A DNA stretch of 63,345 nt, filler included. It is 7 parts of 7 records of this genome, joined end to end, with 100 filler letters (N's around TTAATTAATTAA, not from the genome) between each part and the next. Parts side by side here need not be neighbours in the genome. Positions count along the whole stretch, not along the records: positions 56,727 to 63,345 come from SRR20825019_1999; 6 more parts are not named here. One strand, written 5' to 3'. Each line of letters opens with the position of its first letter. Position 1 is the stretch's first letter. Below are positions 60,612 through 63,345 of this stretch, in pieces. A program made the translations under genes and the position numbers. Below the pieces are notes generated by a model. It did not search any database. It saw only the letters and a list, made by a program, of their open reading frames with translations, and had not been told where the DNA came from.

Positions 60612-61193
60612 ATGAACAAATTTAAACGAATCTTTTTTAGCGCTCAGAGTTTAGGGTGCGCGCTGATATTGTCACTTACTTTTTGTGCTGCTGCGCAAGA
60701 TAGTGAGCCTGCAAAAGATCAATTAGTCGAAAAAATAGAGTGGATTTCCTTCGAAGAAGCATTTGAGAAGAATAAGACGAATCCAAAACCTTGGATCATT
60801 GATATCTACACGGATTGGTGCGGATGGTGTAAGCGATTGGATCAAACGACTTTTGCTGATTCAGCGATTGTTTCTGATGTGAGAGCAAATTACTATGCAG
60901 TAAAACTGGATGCTGAGCAAAAGGAAGATATTGTGCTCGATGAAACAACGTATTCATTCGTAGCTTCTGGGAAAAAAGGGTACCATGAATTGGCGGCAGC
61001 CCTGATGAATGGACAAATGAGTTATCCTACAATCGTTTTCTTGAGTGATGAAATGCAAAATCTCCAACCGGTTAAAGGTTATAAATCAGCGAAGGATTTT
61101 CATCCAATAATTGAGTTTTTTGCTGATTTTGACATAAATAACCCAACAAAATGGGAAGATTTTCAGGCTACCTACACATCGCCGTATAATTAA
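60612..61193 (+). CDS. Exported thioredoxin-fold protein (DUF255-like)
   Basis: Signal peptide; DIYTDWCGWCKRLD, YAVKLDAE and SYPT motifs. Confidence 0.9.
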   Translation: MNKFKRIFFSAQSLGCALILSLTFCAAAQDSEPAKDQLVEKIEWISFEEAFEKNKTNPKPWIIDIYTDWCGWCKRLDQTTFADSAIVSDVRANYYAVKLDAEQKEDIVLDETTYSFVASGKKGYHELAAALMNGQMSYPTIVFLSDEMQNLQPVKGYKSAKDFHPIIEFFADFDINNPTKWEDFQATYTSPYN

Positions 61194-61242
61194 TTGAAGA
61201 CTCCAATTCGCTAGGAAATCCCTCATTTTAGGTGATTTTTTC

Positions 61243-61250
61243 TATCTTTG
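61243..61250 (+). promoter_or_regulatory. Bacteroidota -7 promoter element for trhO-lgt
   Basis: TATCTTTG 28 nt upstream of the ATG at 61279. Confidence 0.7.
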
Positions 61251-61278
61251 CGAACCAATTTATTTAAAACAACATAGC

Positions 61279-62355
61279 ATGCAACTGTGGAATACATTAA
61301 GTAAAGAGGAGCTTGAACAAAAATTGCGTGAATCTGGGCATGAATTCGTAACGATTTCATTTTATCAGTATGCAAAAATTGAGCATCCTCGATTGTTTAG
61401 AGATCACTTATTTCAGATGTGGTCGAATATAGGCGTAGTCGGTCGAACATACGTCGCACACGAAGGAATCAATGCTCAAGTTTCGATCCCAACAAAAAAT
61501 CTCAATCAATTTAGAGACGAATTATATGAAATTGAATTTCTGAATGGAATTCGATTGAATATTGCAGTGGATGATGCTGAGGTTGATTATCCGTTCTTGA
61601 AATTGAAAATCAAAGTACGTGATAAAATTCTCGCAGATGGACTAACAGATGAATCATTCGATGTTCGAGACAAGGGAGTACACCTTTCTGCCGAAGAGTT
61701 TAATCGCTTAACGGAAGACGAGAACACAATTTTAATCGATTTCCGAAATCATTATGAGTCGGAAGTTGGACATTTTTCTGGGGCAATTACGCCCGACGTA
61801 GATACGTTCCGCGAATCGTTACCATTCATCGAAGAAGAATATCTCAAAGGAAACGAAGACAAGAACATTGTGATGTATTGCACAGGCGGAATTCGCTGCG
61901 AAAAAGCTTCTGCATGGTACAAACACCGCGGATTTGATAAAGTACATCAGTTAGAAGGTGGAATCATTCACTATGCGAATCAATGTCGAGATAAGGGATT
62001 GGAGAACAGGTTTATTGGTAAGAACTTCGTCTTTGATGAACGAAGAGGTGAACGAATTACGGACGACGTGATTGCGGTGTGTCACCAATGTGGATCTCCA
62101 GCGGATACGCACACAAATTGTGTAAACGATGGCTGTCATCTCCTGTTCATTCAATGCGATAGTTGTAAAGAGAAGATGGAAAATTGTTGCTCGAATGAGT
62201 GCCAAGAAACGATTCATCTTTCCGTTGAAGAGCAAAAAGAAATGCGAAAAGGAAATATGATCAGCAATAAGATTTTCAAAAAAGGGAGATCAGAGAAATT
62301 ACCTTTCAAGCAAAACTCAGAAAAACCTGTATCTTTGATCAAGAACCTAAAATAA
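61279..62355 (+). CDS. trhO: O2-dependent tRNA uridine(34) hydroxylase (rhodanese/YceA family)
   Basis: AHEGINAQ, DFRNHYESEVGHF, YCTGGIRCEKAS, LEGGII and GKNFVFDER motifs; Cys-rich C-terminus. Confidence 0.93.
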   Translation: MQLWNTLSKEELEQKLRESGHEFVTISFYQYAKIEHPRLFRDHLFQMWSNIGVVGRTYVAHEGINAQVSIPTKNLNQFRDELYEIEFLNGIRLNIAVDDAEVDYPFLKLKIKVRDKILADGLTDESFDVRDKGVHLSAEEFNRLTEDENTILIDFRNHYESEVGHFSGAITPDVDTFRESLPFIEEEYLKGNEDKNIVMYCTGGIRCEKASAWYKHRGFDKVHQLEGGIIHYANQCRDKGLENRFIGKNFVFDERRGERITDDVIAVCHQCGSPADTHTNCVNDGCHLLFIQCDSCKEKMENCCSNECQETIHLSVEEQKEMRKGNMISNKIFKKGRSEKLPFKQNSEKPVSLIKNLK

Positions 62356-62361
62356 ACGACA

Positions 62362-63234
62362 TTGAATTTATTCATTACTTGGGATGTAACTCCTGAAATC
62401 ATCGAAGGATATAAAACTCCAAATTATTACGGATTACTCTTTGTGACTGGTTTAATGATCGGTTATTTTGTAGTGAGAAAAATGTTCAGAAAGGACGGAA
62501 TCAATGAAAGTTACCTAGATAAGTTGGTACTTTACATGATTTTATCTACCATTATTGGTGCACGTTTAGGACATGTTTTATTCTATGGACCATATTGGGG
62601 ACCAGGAGGTTATTTCTCCAATCCGTTAGACATTCTCAAAATTTGGGAAGGGGGATTGGCAAGTCACGGTGGTGCCATCGCAATTCTTATTGCACTTTAC
62701 ATTTACTCTAAAAAGGTCGTAAAATTGCCAATGTTGTGGATTTTGGACAGAATTGTCGCTCCAATCGCCATTGCGGGTTGTTTTATTCGTTTAGGAAATC
62801 TAATGAATAGCGAAATTGTAGGAGATCCATCAAGTGCTCCATGGGCATTTAGTTTCACACATTATTTTAATGAAGATACGATGTCTTTCGACGATACACC
62901 GAGACATCCAGCACAACTCTATGAAGCAATTTCGTATGTTTCCATCTTCATTTTCTTAATGTGGATGTATTGGAAAAAGAAAGCCTACGAAAAAAGAGGG
63001 GTGATGTTTGGTGCATTTCTGATTGTTTTGTGGGGCGCACGTTTCATGATTGAGTTTATAAAGCTTGGACAAACAGAAAGAGATAACTATTTAGCATTGA
63101 ATACTGGACAAATGTTGAGTATTCCGTTTTTTATCGCGGGGATCGTAATTCTCTGGCGAGGGTTGAAACGAGCACCAGAACATCCAGACGTATCGCATTT
63201 ACAATCTACTCCAGTAACTAAGAAGGAGTCTTAA
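62362..63234 (+). CDS. lgt: Prolipoprotein diacylglyceryl transferase
   Basis: IIGARLGHV, WEGGLASHGG, RLGNLMNSEIVG, HPAQLYE and RFMIEF motifs; TTG start. Confidence 0.96.
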   Translation: MNLFITWDVTPEIIEGYKTPNYYGLLFVTGLMIGYFVVRKMFRKDGINESYLDKLVLYMILSTIIGARLGHVLFYGPYWGPGGYFSNPLDILKIWEGGLASHGGAIAILIALYIYSKKVVKLPMLWILDRIVAPIAIAGCFIRLGNLMNSEIVGDPSSAPWAFSFTHYFNEDTMSFDDTPRHPAQLYEAISYVSIFIFLMWMYWKKKAYEKRGVMFGAFLIVLWGARFMIEFIKLGQTERDNYLALNTGQMLSIPFFIAGIVILWRGLKRAPEHPDVSHLQSTPVTKKES

Positions 63235-63249
63235 GTTTCTCTTTCTGAA

Positions 63250-63320
63250 GCGCGGTGAGCGGAGTCGAACTGCGCAGTTGTCGCGGATTTGTAGTTGTCG
63301 CGGATTTCCAATCCGTGCAA
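63250..63320 (+). repeat. Cluster of REP-like palindromes
   Basis: Hairpin GCGCGGT-GAGCGGAGTCGA-ACTGCGC; direct repeat AGTTGTCGCGGATTT at 63276 and 63293; GTAG followed by a CGGATT-TCC-AATCCG hairpin. Confidence 0.65.
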
Positions 63321-63345
63321 TGTACAATTCATTGTTTTCACCCCT

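Overview
This window is not one locus. It is seven unrelated contigs joined by artificial 100-nt spacers (N44-TTAATTAATTAA-N44), so gene context across spacers is meaningless. (1) 1-8820: intronless, co-directional eukaryotic genes, kinetoplastid/bodonid-like by inference: two BspA-type LRR genes, a CE3-like SGNH hydrolase and an EF-hand protein. (2) 8921-25148: Flavobacteriaceae core region with an AI-2E transporter, DUF4159, rsmE, tsaD, tamB, ridA, lptD, amidase, mlaD and an Fe-S protein. (3) 25249-33964 and (6) 48864-56626: a compact protist genome, cryptophyte-like by inference, with ~45-65 nt GT-AG introns. I rebuilt spliced genes for SF3A2, a TM2-domain protein, a Siva-like Zn-finger protein, an IQ-motif protein, a small tail-anchored protein, nicalin and a large Pro-rich protein. 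These genes alternate in orientation, and their 5' ends face 85-90% GC blocks rich in TGAC/GTC-type motifs. (4) 34065-42903: Rhodobacteraceae region with an acyl-CoA ligase, an M48 pseudo-peptidase, a SPOR protein, a cupin-cdd-deoA-deoB-upp nucleoside operon and maeB. (5) 43004-48763: Flavobacteriaceae hppA, ppa and a DUF5686 protein. (7) 56727-63345: Bacteroidota AraC/VOC/toxin-antitoxin cassette between REP-like repeats, then a Nudix hydrolase, a thioredoxin, trhO and lgt. I saw no CRISPR array, rRNA, tRNA, transposase or recoded stop codons. I cannot prove a wholly new system. The best leads are the protist GC-block promoter architecture, the protist Siva homolog, a probable ATC start for tamB, the unexplained VOC-cupin protein heading the nucleoside operon, and the membrane-anchored CE3-like esterase. 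All family calls come from motif recognition, not database searches.
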